Notes under the pieces: generated by a model
Told to the model about the DNA's origin: nothing
Seen by the model: the letters and a program-made list of their open reading frames with translations, nothing else
Database searches by the model: none
Program-made: the position numbers and the translations under genes
Part shown: positions 47,833 through 58,003 of the stretch, in pieces
How the letters are laid out: the number at the start of each line of letters is the position of its first letter
Numbering within the stretch: the first letter of the stretch is position 1
Assembly: GCA_001780275.1 (NCBI GenBank)
Contig: MFGB01000016.1
Coordinates: 92,161-156,160, forward strand
Source of the DNA: Candidatus Falkowbacteria bacterium RIFOXYA2_FULL_47_19
GTDB taxonomy: Bacteria; Patescibacteriota; Patescibacteriia; Patescibacteriales; UBA12075
Length of the DNA: 64,000 nucleotides
Direction of reading: 5' to 3'

Positions 47833-48018
47833 TAACAGCCGACAAATTGTATAGCCAGATGATCCCGATCGTGACAGCCGGGTGATGGCAGTAAAATAAA
47901 CATTAAAGAGGTTTCGGGCGAGCGTTCGCTTACCCGGGGCAAACGGGGTGGCACCGCGGATCGTAAAATTCGTCCCTGAATATCAACCATATTTTGGTAT
48001 TTAGAGACGAATTTTTTT
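47833..48018 (+). ncRNA. T-box riboswitch (Asp specifier), transcription-attenuation type
   Basis: T-box AAACGGGGTGGCACCGCGG at 47941-47959; antiterminator partner TCGTCCCT; terminator AAAATTCGTC...GACGAATTTTTTT; K-turn Stem I with loop GAC; promoter TTGACA-N17-TAATAT at 47798-47826. Confidence 0.88.
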
Positions 48019-48072
48019 ATTATAATTAAGCCTCGTGTCACGCGTTTCCGCGTTTCATGCGGCCTGAAACAT

Positions 48073-49848
48073 ATGTTGCGTACGCATACCTGCGGGGAGA
48101 TGACTAAAAAAAATAACGGCGAAACTGTTACGCTTTGCGGCTGGGTGCACCGGCGGCGGGACCACGGCGGAGTGATCTTTATCGATCTTAGGGACCGGTA
48201 TGGGCTTACTCAGGTCAAGTTCGATCCGGAAAAAGACAAGAAAGCCCATAGTGAGGCCGAGAGTCTCCGGAGCGAATGGGTGATCGCGGTAAAGGGCAAA
48301 GTCGCCCTGCGGCCCGGCGACATGATCAATCCGAAGATGAAGACCGGAGAGATCGAGATCGAGGCGGGCGAACTATCGATCTTAAACCAATCGAAAACGC
48401 CGCCTTTCGAACTTGACGAGGAGAAGGCCAAAGAGGCCAACGAATCGGTCAGGCTCAAATACCGTTTCGTGGATCTGCGGCGCAATAAGCTTCAGGAGAT
48501 CATGAAAAAAAGAGACGATGTGATCCGCTATATCCGGGAGTACTTCCACAAGAACGACTTTATTGAGGTCCAGACACCGATATTGGCAAATTCATCTCCC
48601 GAAGGCGCGCGGGATTTTCTTGTGCCTTCCCGCCTGCATCCCGGAAAATTTTTCGCCCTGCCTCAGGCCCCGCAGCAGTTCAAGCAGCTTCTGATGGTCG
48701 GCGGCCTTGACCGGTATTTCCAGATCGCGCCCTGCTTCCGGGACGAGGATCCGCGGGCCGACCGGCATCCGGGAGATTTTTACCAGGTTGACATGGAAAT
48801 GAGCTTCGTCGTCCAGGAAGACGTCTGGAACATGTGCGAACCCCTGATGATAGAATTAACCGAAAAATTTTCCCATAAAAATGTTTTGAATAAAAAGTTC
48901 CCGCGCATCCCTTATCGGGAGGCGATGGAAAAATACGGATCCGACAAGCCCGATCTGCGTTTCGGTCTGGAGATCAGGCCGATTACCGACGCGGTCAAAG
49001 ACTGCGGCTTCGGCGTTTTCGCCGATACGGTCAAAGCGGGCGGCGTAGTTCATGCCTTAAAAGTTGACGGCGGCGCCAAATTCACGAGAAAAGAGATTGA
49101 CGATCTGACCGATCTGGCAAAAAGCAAGGGCGCGAAGGGATTGGCTTATATTCAGATCAAGGAAGATAAACTGCAATCGCCGATCATTAAATTCTTGGGC
49201 GAGGATCTGGCGCGGGAGATAATCGCTTCGGTCGGGGCCGCTTCCGGCGATATCGTCTTTTTCGGCGCCGACAAATGGCGCGCTGTCTGCGACGCCTTAG
49301 GCGTAGTCCGGAATAAATGCGGTGAATGGCTTGGACTCAAGGATAATTCTCAGGCGGCCTGGGTCTGGATCGTGGATTGGCAGATGTATGAATATTCGGA
49401 ATTGGAAGAAGGGCGGATAGATTTTTCCCATAATCCGTTTTCCATGCCCCAGGGCGGTTTGGAGGCATTGAATACCAAAGATCCTCTCGATATCTTAGCT
49501 TATCAATACGACTTGGTTTGCAACGGCTACGAGATATCTTCCGGCGCGATCAGGAACCATGATCCCGAGATCATGTACAAGGCTTTTGAGATCGCCGGTT
49601 ACACGAAAGAACAGGTGGACGAAAAATTCGGCGCCATGATCAGCGCCTTTGAATATGGCGCTCCGCCGCACGGCGGCATGGCTCCGGGCCTGGATCGGCT
49701 TCTCATGATCTTTTTTGACCTGGACAATATCCGCGACATCTACGCTTTTCCCAAGGACGGCCAATGCCGCGACCTTATGATGAATTCCCCGGCGGAAGTG
49801 GACGAGAAGCAGTTGAAAGAATTGCATGTCAGAATAGCGAAAACTTAA
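48073..49848 (+). CDS. aspS: Aspartate-tRNA ligase
   Basis: RTHTCG, RRRDHGGVIFIDLRD, ALPQAPQQFKQ, CFRDED, PPHGGMAPGLDR. Confidence 0.98.
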   Translation: MLRTHTCGEMTKKNNGETVTLCGWVHRRRDHGGVIFIDLRDRYGLTQVKFDPEKDKKAHSEAESLRSEWVIAVKGKVALRPGDMINPKMKTGEIEIEAGELSILNQSKTPPFELDEEKAKEANESVRLKYRFVDLRRNKLQEIMKKRDDVIRYIREYFHKNDFIEVQTPILANSSPEGARDFLVPSRLHPGKFFALPQAPQQFKQLLMVGGLDRYFQIAPCFRDEDPRADRHPGDFYQVDMEMSFVVQEDVWNMCEPLMIELTEKFSHKNVLNKKFPRIPYREAMEKYGSDKPDLRFGLEIRPITDAVKDCGFGVFADTVKAGGVVHALKVDGGAKFTRKEIDDLTDLAKSKGAKGLAYIQIKEDKLQSPIIKFLGEDLAREIIASVGAASGDIVFFGADKWRAVCDALGVVRNKCGEWLGLKDNSQAAWVWIVDWQMYEYSELEEGRIDFSHNPFSMPQGGLEALNTKDPLDILAYQYDLVCNGYEISSGAIRNHDPEIMYKAFEIAGYTKEQVDEKFGAMISAFEYGAPPHGGMAPGLDRLLMIFFDLDNIRDIYAFPKDGQCRDLMMNSPAEVDEKQLKELHVRIAKT

Positions 49849-49885
49849 AAAATATAATTTTGTATAAGCAACAGGAAATAAAAAT

Positions 49886-49908
49886 GACTACTTTTTGTAG
49901 TCTTTTTT
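49886..49908 (+). terminator. aspS terminator
   Basis: GACTAC-TTTTT-GTAGTC plus T6. Confidence 0.65.
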
Positions 49909-49963
49909 ATTAACTAAAAATTTCCATATTGACGGGATGAGCGGGTTTTACCGCAAACTGTTT

Positions 49964-50198
49964 CGGGGATGTATTAATGTTAAAATTTTATTTACGGCAG
50001 ACGCCGCTGCCGCGGGGGCCTTCTTTTCGTAACCGAAAAGAAGCAAAAGGTTTTGGGGGCCTCAACTCGCTATCACATTGATTTATCTTATTTGGGTCTC
50101 GCCTTGACGCTCGGTTCGGCCCCCAAACCCCACGGAGGTCTCTACATGAAATAATAGCGAAGCCCGCCCTATGAAATTTTTTAACACCTTAATCCCCG
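49964..50198. other. Multibranched palindromic element (putative ncRNA or non-autonomous repeat)
   Basis: Outer GGGGAT..TGTTAAAATTTTAT / ATGAAATTTTTTAACA..ATCCCC; inner CGGCAG/CTGCCG, TTCTTTTCG/CGAAAAGAA, GGTTTTGGGGGCC/GGCCCCCAAACC. Confidence 0.6.
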
Positions 50199-50217
50199 TC
50201 GGACAAATAGATGATAA

Positions 50218-50249
50218 AAGCCCCCGGCGTTTAGCTGGGGGCTTAATTT
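50218..50249 (-). terminator. Terminator of oxidoreductase operon
   Basis: AAGCCCCCGGC...GCTGGGGGCTT. Confidence 0.8.
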
Positions 50250-50774
50250 TTAAATAAGGTTTTGCCCTTGTTCGTATTGGCGTTTTGTTTCTTCAGGGGA
50301 TGTTTTTTTGAAATTTTCTTTGATTATTTCCCAAAGACAATCTGATTTAATTTGCGGGACAAGTTTTTGGATCGCTCCCAGTACGACCAGGTTGGAAAAA
50401 GGTTCGGTTACGAGCCCCTTGATTTCGCGTTCCCGGGAGACGCAGGGGAGATTACTCGGGCGCGTTTCATAGGCGACGATCGTTCGCGGCCCCAGTTTGG
50501 AGTATTCCCGTCCGTTTATAACCGGAAAGAGGAGCTCCGCAGGCAAAGGGTCGGAGAGGATCAGGGTGACATCGGCAATTTCCACCAAGGGATAGATCAG
50601 GGGGCGGTCGGAAATGACTATGGAAGCGACAATGTCGCCGCCGCGGGCCTGAGGCGTATAGATCGAATAATCGGCCGGATAAAGGCCCTGTTTGGCGGCT
50701 GCCTTGGCGAGAATATCGCCGATCGTTTTTATGCCCTGGCCGCCGGTGCCGGTGATCAGAATTTGTTTTTTCAT
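50250..50774 (-). CDS. 2-oxoacid:ferredoxin oxidoreductase gamma subunit
   Basis: ITGTGGQGI, YTPQARGG, NLVVLGA. Confidence 0.88.
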   Translation of the reverse strand: MKKQILITGTGGQGIKTIGDILAKAAAKQGLYPADYSIYTPQARGGDIVASIVISDRPLIYPLVEIADVTLILSDPLPAELLFPVINGREYSKLGPRTIVAYETRPSNLPCVSREREIKGLVTEPFSNLVVLGAIQKLVPQIKSDCLWEIIKENFKKTSPEETKRQYEQGQNLI

Positions 50775-51655
50775 ATTGCCCCTCCGACGAGCCGCTCATA
50801 TTCTTCCTTGCTTTTAAAAAGGCCGCAAAGCTGTTTTCCTGCCCTGTCCGTCAGCGGCGTTTTGGTTGCTTTGGACGCGGAAATATAGTTGGCGTTGAGA
50901 TAGGCCTTGAGATCGGTCACGGAATAGATCCGGTTTTTGCGGTTGAAATGCGTGGCGCAGGGCGCGATCAGCTCCACAAACGAGAATCCTTGGTGTGCGA
51001 GTGCTTTCTCGCAGGTTGAGATAACTCTCTGCGGCTGGCGGGTAAGCACGATTTCGCGGGCGGCGAAACGTCCGCTGGCGATGAGCATATCGCTCTCCAC
51101 GGACGCGTTTAGGCCTTCGGCGCCACCTTCAGCCTCGGTCCGGACGCGTCCGCCGGCGGCGAGCACCAGGGATATGAGATCAAGCGGTTTTTCCGCGTGG
51201 CCGGCGGGCGAGGTTGAAGTGACTGCGCCGGTCGGAGTCGTACCGCCGGCCTGGCCGCCGGTCATGCCGTACACGAAATTGTTGACGCAGAAGACCGTGA
51301 TATCAAGGTCGCGCCTGGCTGCGTGGATAAGATGGCTCGTTCCGATCGTGGCCAGGTCTCCGTCTCCGCTTATCACTAAAACGTTCAATTCCGGTTTTGC
51401 CAGTTTAACGCCGGTCGCGAAGGCGATCGGACGGCCGTGGGTCGTGTGCAGGGTGTGGGTTTGCATGTATTGGTCGGGAATCCAGGCGGCGCAGCCGATG
51501 CCGCCGACAGCCACGGTCAAAGAGGGGTCAGCGCCGGTTTTTTCCAGAGCCCGCGCCAGGTAATTAAGAATCGTGCCGTAGCCGCAGCCCGGACAGAAGT
51601 CAGTCTGGCCCGGTCTTATCCAACGCTCGGGCGAGCGCTCATCGTTTTTGTTCAT
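50771..51655 (-). CDS. 2-oxoacid:ferredoxin oxidoreductase beta subunit (TPP-binding)
   Basis: FCPGCG, GIGC, HTTHGR, GDGDLATIG, YGMTGGQ, PC. ATGA overlap with the alpha stop. Confidence 0.92.
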   Translation of the reverse strand: MNKNDERSPERWIRPGQTDFCPGCGYGTILNYLARALEKTGADPSLTVAVGGIGCAAWIPDQYMQTHTLHTTHGRPIAFATGVKLAKPELNVLVISGDGDLATIGTSHLIHAARRDLDITVFCVNNFVYGMTGGQAGGTTPTGAVTSTSPAGHAEKPLDLISLVLAAGGRVRTEAEGGAEGLNASVESDMLIASGRFAAREIVLTRQPQRVISTCEKALAHQGFSFVELIAPCATHFNRKNRIYSVTDLKAYLNANYISASKATKTPLTDRAGKQLCGLFKSKEEYERLVGGAI

Positions 51656-53028
51656 GATCGTCTCTCCCATTCTTTGTTTAGAAAATAATCGATTATCCGC
51701 CGCGGCTCTATCGCCGTGCCGGTATTCTGCGTAAGCGATAAGGCGGCTGGATAAACCGCGCGCACCAGGTGGATCAATTGGCCCTGGTTCATTTCTATAA
51801 CATGCACTTCCGGGTTGTGAAGCAGGGCTTTTTCCAGTTCAAGGTCGGGGAAGGGGGAGAGGAATTTTATCGGGATCAGGGCGACGCTTTCGCCTTGCCG
51901 GGCCAGGCGCCGGACCGCTTCCTCCGCGGCGCGAACTACCGAACCGCAGGCGATTATCACGTGTTTTGTGTTTTTCTTTATTTTCGGGGCGCGCCAGTGG
52001 ATGTAAGCCCCCGCTTCCTGTATTTTTCTGGCAATACTATCCGTCGTCCATTGTTCCATATCGGGATTGGATGCGGCTCTGGTTCCGCTTTGGTCGTGCG
52101 TAGAGCCGGTAACGTGCAGAAGTTCCCGCCCGCCGAAAGGCGGCAGGGAAGCGGCGCGCCGTCCGTAATTTGACGGCGGTCCGAAATGGCGTTCATTCGG
52201 ATCATAAGCCCGATCATAAACCAGGTTTCTTTCCGGTATATCAACGATTTCTTTCAGGTGGGCGATAATTTCGTCGATCAGGATTATTACCGGCACCCGG
52301 AACATTTCCGATAAGTTAAAGGCCTCTATGGTCAGAGAATAACAATCCGCGATATCGACCGGGGCGAGCACGATCTTGCGGGCATCGCCGTGTCCGGACC
52401 AGATCGCCGGCATAATATCCCCCTGGGCCGGGCGGGTAGCCTGGCCCGTGGAAGGACCGGCGCGCATGACATCGACAATGACGCAGGGCGTTTCGGTCAT
52501 GACGGCGAAGCTGATGTTTTCCTGCATTAGCGACAAGCCCGGACCGGAAGTGGCGGTCATCGCCTTTTTTCCGGCGAGAGCCGCTCCGATCACGGCCGCC
52601 AAAGACGAGATTTCGTCTTCCATCTGGATAAAGCGGCCGTTGGGAATATTATTAAGTCCGAGCATTCCGTACATAATCTCCGAGGCCGGCGTGATCGGAT
52701 AACCGGCATAGAAGCGGCAGCCGGCATCCAGGGCGGGCAAAGCGATCGTTTCGTTGCCGGACAAAAGGTGGCGGCCGGGTTTTTGCGTTTGGACTTTATT
52801 CCAGCCGCCGCTTCCCGGGCCGCTGGCGGCTTCCGGAATGGATTTTTCCGTATTGTTTTCGTCAAGCACGATCGCTCTTTCCGGACAGATAAGCGCGCAG
52901 AGGCCGCAATGCCGGCATTCGGCCGGATTTTGCAGTTCGCCGTTCGGACCGAAAACATCAGTCGGACAGACGCTGGCGCAGTAGCCGCATTTTTTGCATA
53001 GCTCGCGCTTAATCGAGATTCTTTCCAT
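51652..53028 (-). CDS. 2-oxoacid:ferredoxin oxidoreductase alpha subunit fused to an N-terminal 2x[4Fe-4S] ferredoxin (delta) domain
   Basis: CKKCGYCASVCP and CRHCGLCALICP; FYAGYPITPASE, QMEDE, TATSGPG, RAGPSTG, EMNQGQ. Confidence 0.92.
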   Translation of the reverse strand: MERISIKRELCKKCGYCASVCPTDVFGPNGELQNPAECRHCGLCALICPERAIVLDENNTEKSIPEAASGPGSGGWNKVQTQKPGRHLLSGNETIALPALDAGCRFYAGYPITPASEIMYGMLGLNNIPNGRFIQMEDEISSLAAVIGAALAGKKAMTATSGPGLSLMQENISFAVMTETPCVIVDVMRAGPSTGQATRPAQGDIMPAIWSGHGDARKIVLAPVDIADCYSLTIEAFNLSEMFRVPVIILIDEIIAHLKEIVDIPERNLVYDRAYDPNERHFGPPSNYGRRAASLPPFGGRELLHVTGSTHDQSGTRAASNPDMEQWTTDSIARKIQEAGAYIHWRAPKIKKNTKHVIIACGSVVRAAEEAVRRLARQGESVALIPIKFLSPFPDLELEKALLHNPEVHVIEMNQGQLIHLVRAVYPAALSLTQNTGTAIEPRRIIDYFLNKEWERRS

Positions 53029-53068
53029 TTCTCTTGTCCTTTCCGATATGTTCTTTCGAAATTTTTAA

Positions 53069-53121
53069 ATTGTCAAAATTCTATTTTTGCTTATATTACC
53101 AGAATATTATTTTTTTGACAA
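53069..53121 (-). promoter_or_regulatory. Sigma70 promoter plus boxA-like motif
   Basis: Minus strand TTGTCA-N17-TAATAT with TG, then GAATTTTGACAAT. Confidence 0.5.
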
Positions 53122-53280
53122 GAACTTTTAGCAAATTTTTCCGTTGCCCTTGTTACTTGAATTAAATATGGATATTTGCTAATATTAAGATAATGCGATC
53201 ATGATAACGCGTCAGCGCCAAAGAGGTGGTAATCGGACGGGATAGCCGGTATAATAAAATTATAAAATAGGTAAAAAAAT

Positions 53281-54672
<1,392 letters not shown>

Positions 54673-54673
54673 C

Positions 54674-54701
54674 GCGTAACGTGGAACGCGTAACTCATAA
54701 C
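54674..54701. repeat. Heptamer array after asnS
   Basis: GCGTAAC GTGGAAC GCGTAAC TCATAAC; reverse complement of the 33381 unit. Confidence 0.75.
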
Positions 54702-54727
54702 ATTTGTTTTTGCGATTATTAAATTTT

Positions 54728-54759
54728 TTTGTCATTCCCGCGCAAGCGGGAATGACAAA
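54728..54759. repeat. Perfect palindrome matching ATTCCC-N8-GGGAAT (dRS3/RPE-like)
   Basis: TTTGTCATTCCCGC-GCAA-GCGGGAATGACAAA. Confidence 0.85.
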
Positions 54760-54788
54760 TTATAAAAATTATTAATAAAAATAATTAT

Positions 54789-55673
54789 ATGGGAATTTTA
54801 GAAAAATTTTTCGGAACCAATAAAAAAGCGAAAGCGGAGGGATTCGACCGGTCGGAACGGGCCGCGGACGAAGTCTTAAGAGAACCGGCCGAGAAGCCGT
54901 CAGCGCCGGAGTCGGGAGAGGCGGAACCGAAGCCGGAGGAAACTCTGCCGGATATGGAAAAAGAGGAAGAATTGCCGTTTCATATCGATACGGCGGCGGA
55001 TTTTATCCGTCTGCTCGAACTCAGGTTTAAAGAAGCGCAGGAGAGCAAAAACAATGAAAACGAAAAAGATCTGTTTTATCAGATCATTAAGATCAAAAAC
55101 GGCCTTAATACCGCCGGTTTATCCGCAGACGAGGTGCGGGTCCGGGAGATGCAGCCGGGCGTTTTAGGCACGTTCGATCCGGGCAACCGCGAGATAGCGG
55201 GAGCTAAGGCCATGTTCGATGATTTCGGGAGCGACGAACGGCTATTCCGCACCGTGTTCCTCCACGAAGCCACGCATCGCGACCGGATCGCCGACGAGGG
55301 TTTCTGCGAACTCTCGGTCGAGATGAAGATCGACGCCGTACCCGGAATTTATAACACCGAAAAACAGAAAGCGAAAAAAACCTTTAATGATCTTTTGGGT
55401 ATGAGCGACGCGATCGAACTTTATAATATCGACGAGCCGGAAAAGCTGGCCGAGAGCTATATCGCGGCTAAGCTCGAAAAAGAGCTGGGAGTCAGGAAGG
55501 CCCAGGAAATCTTAGCGGATAAGAAAAAATTAGGCAACAGCATCAATAAGCTTAAAACAGAGGTGGGTGATAACCTGGAAAAGGGCGCGCCGCGCTTGTA
55601 CGAGAAACTCAAATCCCGCGGTTTTGATTTTAAAAAGAAGATCACGGCGGCTTTGGATAAGATGGGGAAGTAA
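54789..55673 (+). CDS. Hypothetical protein with HExxH zincin-like motif
   Basis: GVLGTFDP...TVFLHEATH...DEGFCEL. Confidence 0.7.
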   Translation: MGILEKFFGTNKKAKAEGFDRSERAADEVLREPAEKPSAPESGEAEPKPEETLPDMEKEEELPFHIDTAADFIRLLELRFKEAQESKNNENEKDLFYQIIKIKNGLNTAGLSADEVRVREMQPGVLGTFDPGNREIAGAKAMFDDFGSDERLFRTVFLHEATHRDRIADEGFCELSVEMKIDAVPGIYNTEKQKAKKTFNDLLGMSDAIELYNIDEPEKLAESYIAAKLEKELGVRKAQEILADKKKLGNSINKLKTEVGDNLEKGAPRLYEKLKSRGFDFKKKITAALDKMGK

Positions 55674-55674
55674 A

Positions 55675-55730
55675 AAAATGCAAAATGCAAATCTCAAAAT
55701 GCAAAATGACAATGTAAAATTTAAAATGAA
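55675..55730. repeat. Degenerate heptamer array (AAAATGC)
   Basis: AAAATGC AAAATGC AAATCTC AAAATGC AAAATGA CAATGT AAAATTT AAAATGA. Confidence 0.8.
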
Positions 55731-55734
55731 TATT

Positions 55735-56220
55735 ATGAAAGTATTAGTTATTTATTATTCCCGGACCAAAACGACTAAAAAGGTGGCCGAGGCGCTGGCC
55801 GAAAAATTAGGCGCCGATCTCGAAGAGGTCATCGACAAGAAAGACCGAAGCGGAGCCCTGGGCTGGCTCTCGGCCGGCCGGGACGCGACCCGGCGGTATT
55901 TGACCGATCTTGAGCCGGCGAAAAAAGCGGCCGGCGATTACGACCTCGTTATGATCGGCACGCCGATCTGGTCCTGGAACCTGTCCACCCCGATACGCAC
56001 CTATCTTTCTGAGAACAAAGAGGTTTTAAATAAAATAAAAACCGCTCTTTTCTGCACGATGGGCGGGTCGGGGCACGAACGGGCCGGCCGCGAGATGGGG
56101 GGCATTATCGGCCGGGAACCGGCCGCCACTCTCGGGCTTTTGACGAAAGAGGTGGTACAGGATAAATTCGCGGAAAAGCTGGAAGAATTTATTAATAAAA
56201 TCAATCAGACGATAAAATAA
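55735..56220 (+). CDS. Flavodoxin-family protein
   Basis: MKVLVIYYSRTKTTKKVA, IGTPIW, LFCTMGGSG. Confidence 0.9.
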   Translation: MKVLVIYYSRTKTTKKVAEALAEKLGADLEEVIDKKDRSGALGWLSAGRDATRRYLTDLEPAKKAAGDYDLVMIGTPIWSWNLSTPIRTYLSENKEVLNKIKTALFCTMGGSGHERAGREMGGIIGREPAATLGLLTKEVVQDKFAEKLEEFINKINQTIK

Positions 56221-56231
56221 TTTTTAAAAAA

Positions 56232-57332
56232 ATGGAAAATTTAAACAAAATAAAAAGCGCCGATTTTGTGGTAAAGCCTGAAAAAATCGTTTCCCGGAAC
56301 GCCACCCAGATAGTGGCCGCAGAAATGATAGATGATATTTCGGTTTTTTCCGACGAAGATAGGGTAGTAGTAGAAAAGAAATTAGTAGAGGACGAGCCCC
56401 TGGATGCTAAAGAACAAAAAAAATTTGATCAAGCTCGGAGCGCTTGGTGGTACAATAAATACGGTTTTTCATATACAATGAAAGAGGCGCGCCAAGAAAC
56501 TTTGATTAGAAAATATGAATCTGACAAAAAAACAAAAGAAGAAAAAATTTCTTTGCAGCAAGATTTATTTTTAGCTTTTAAAGATGGCGACAGTGAACAA
56601 ATAGCAAAACTTAAAGAAAGATATGAAGGCGAATTCCCGGATCAATGCGAGGGCATAGCCGCTTTATTCGGATTAGCGGATTATTTAAAAATTCAGGAGA
56701 AATTATATTCTCAGGACACGATAGAAAGAGAACGGAGAGGGGATATGATCAAAGGATTAACTGAATACCAGTTTCTTTTAGCGCATTTTATCAGTTTAAA
56801 TGGGCAAAATAAAGAATTTTTGCGGATTTTTTGGGAGGTAATGGAAAAATCTGCCGACGCCTGCGGCGAATTAAAACAATTTAATGTTATGCGCCAAGGG
56901 GTATTAAGCCAAGTGGCGACTTTTAAAATTTTTGAAGCTATAGGCGCGAATCCGAAATTGTCGCATCCGCGCGAAGACGCTTTTGAAGCCATAGACATGT
57001 GGAGCGACGATAAAAATGCTATTCAGATCAAAAGCAATAAACGTATCACTGAACCCATGATCGTTGAAGCTGATAGCGTGGTTTTTCCAGGCATAGAAAC
57101 AGAAAATGAGAGGCGAAAGAATTATTTTAATTCTAAATATTTTATCGACACGCAGAGATTTAAGGGTAAATTAAAACAGTACGGATTGCTTTTGGGCAAG
57201 GAATTAAAGGGTTATTTATTGGTCGTACCGACCGCGCAATTCGACTTCATTACCGGCGAGCCGAGCGAAAAGATCGTTGAATTCGTCCGGGAGCATATTA
57301 ACCGGAAGAAAGAAGCGGAAAACAATAATTAA
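56232..57332 (+). CDS. Hypothetical AT-rich protein with PD-(D/E)xK-like motif
   Basis: REDAFEAIDMW....AIQIKS; visibly more AT-rich than its neighbours. Confidence 0.65.
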   Translation: MENLNKIKSADFVVKPEKIVSRNATQIVAAEMIDDISVFSDEDRVVVEKKLVEDEPLDAKEQKKFDQARSAWWYNKYGFSYTMKEARQETLIRKYESDKKTKEEKISLQQDLFLAFKDGDSEQIAKLKERYEGEFPDQCEGIAALFGLADYLKIQEKLYSQDTIERERRGDMIKGLTEYQFLLAHFISLNGQNKEFLRIFWEVMEKSADACGELKQFNVMRQGVLSQVATFKIFEAIGANPKLSHPREDAFEAIDMWSDDKNAIQIKSNKRITEPMIVEADSVVFPGIETENERRKNYFNSKYFIDTQRFKGKLKQYGLLLGKELKGYLLVVPTAQFDFITGEPSEKIVEFVREHINRKKEAENNN

Positions 57333-57343
57333 TTTTATACTTT

Positions 57344-57940
57344 ATGCTCATAGCCATCGACGTCGACGAGGTGCTGGCGGATTTCTCGAGCGCCCTGGTC
57401 GAATACCATAACAATAAATATCATCGCGGTCTTTTAGGCTATCGGCCGGAGATGAAGCACTGGTGGCAGGCCTGGGGAAAAACCAAGGAAGGGGCGATCG
57501 GCCGGGTGTACGAATTCATAAATTCCCGGGAGGTCCTTAAGATCGACCCGATCCCGGGAGCGGTCGAGGGCGTAAGGGCCCTTAAGGAATCGGGGCATGA
57601 CCTCGTCGTGATCACCGGCCGGCCGATCGAGGCCATGGACGAAACCTGGGCCTGGCTCAACGTCCATTTTCCGGACATGTTCCGGCGGGCCTATTCCACC
57701 GACTTCCATCTCGTTAACCGGGGAAAAGAGAACAAAGGCGATATCTGCGCCCGCAGAGGCGTCGACCTTCTGATCGACGACTTTTACGAATATTGCCTGG
57801 AAGCGGCCGGACGCGGCGTTCCCGCCCTGCTTTTTACCACCCCCTGGAATAAAAAACTTGATCTGCCGTCCGGCATAACCCGGGTAAACGACTGGGCGGA
57901 AATAATCGATTATGTCAGAAGTAACGGGAAAGCGCTTTAA
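57344..57940 (+). CDS. HAD-family 5'(3')-deoxyribonucleotidase (NT5C-like)
   Basis: IAIDVDEVLAD, VITGR, WL..HFP, LLIDD, PWN, RV.DW. Confidence 0.88.
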   Translation: MLIAIDVDEVLADFSSALVEYHNNKYHRGLLGYRPEMKHWWQAWGKTKEGAIGRVYEFINSREVLKIDPIPGAVEGVRALKESGHDLVVITGRPIEAMDETWAWLNVHFPDMFRRAYSTDFHLVNRGKENKGDICARRGVDLLIDDFYEYCLEAAGRGVPALLFTTPWNKKLDLPSGITRVNDWAEIIDYVRSNGKAL

Positions 57941-58003
57941 TTAATCTTTTTGTAATAATAAGTTAATATAATAAGAAATTAACCTTAATCATAATAAAAA
58001 TCT

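Noticed and set aside
53190-53280. Possible T-box before asnS (AAAGAGGTGGTAATCGG)
   Set aside because: It deviates from GGTGGNACC, has no terminator or antiterminator, and no convincing Stem I. At most a degenerate remnant.
55567-55734. N-terminal extension of the flavodoxin in the ORF track
   Set aside because: It overlaps the upstream gene and the repeat; the fold starts at MKVLVIYYS (55735).
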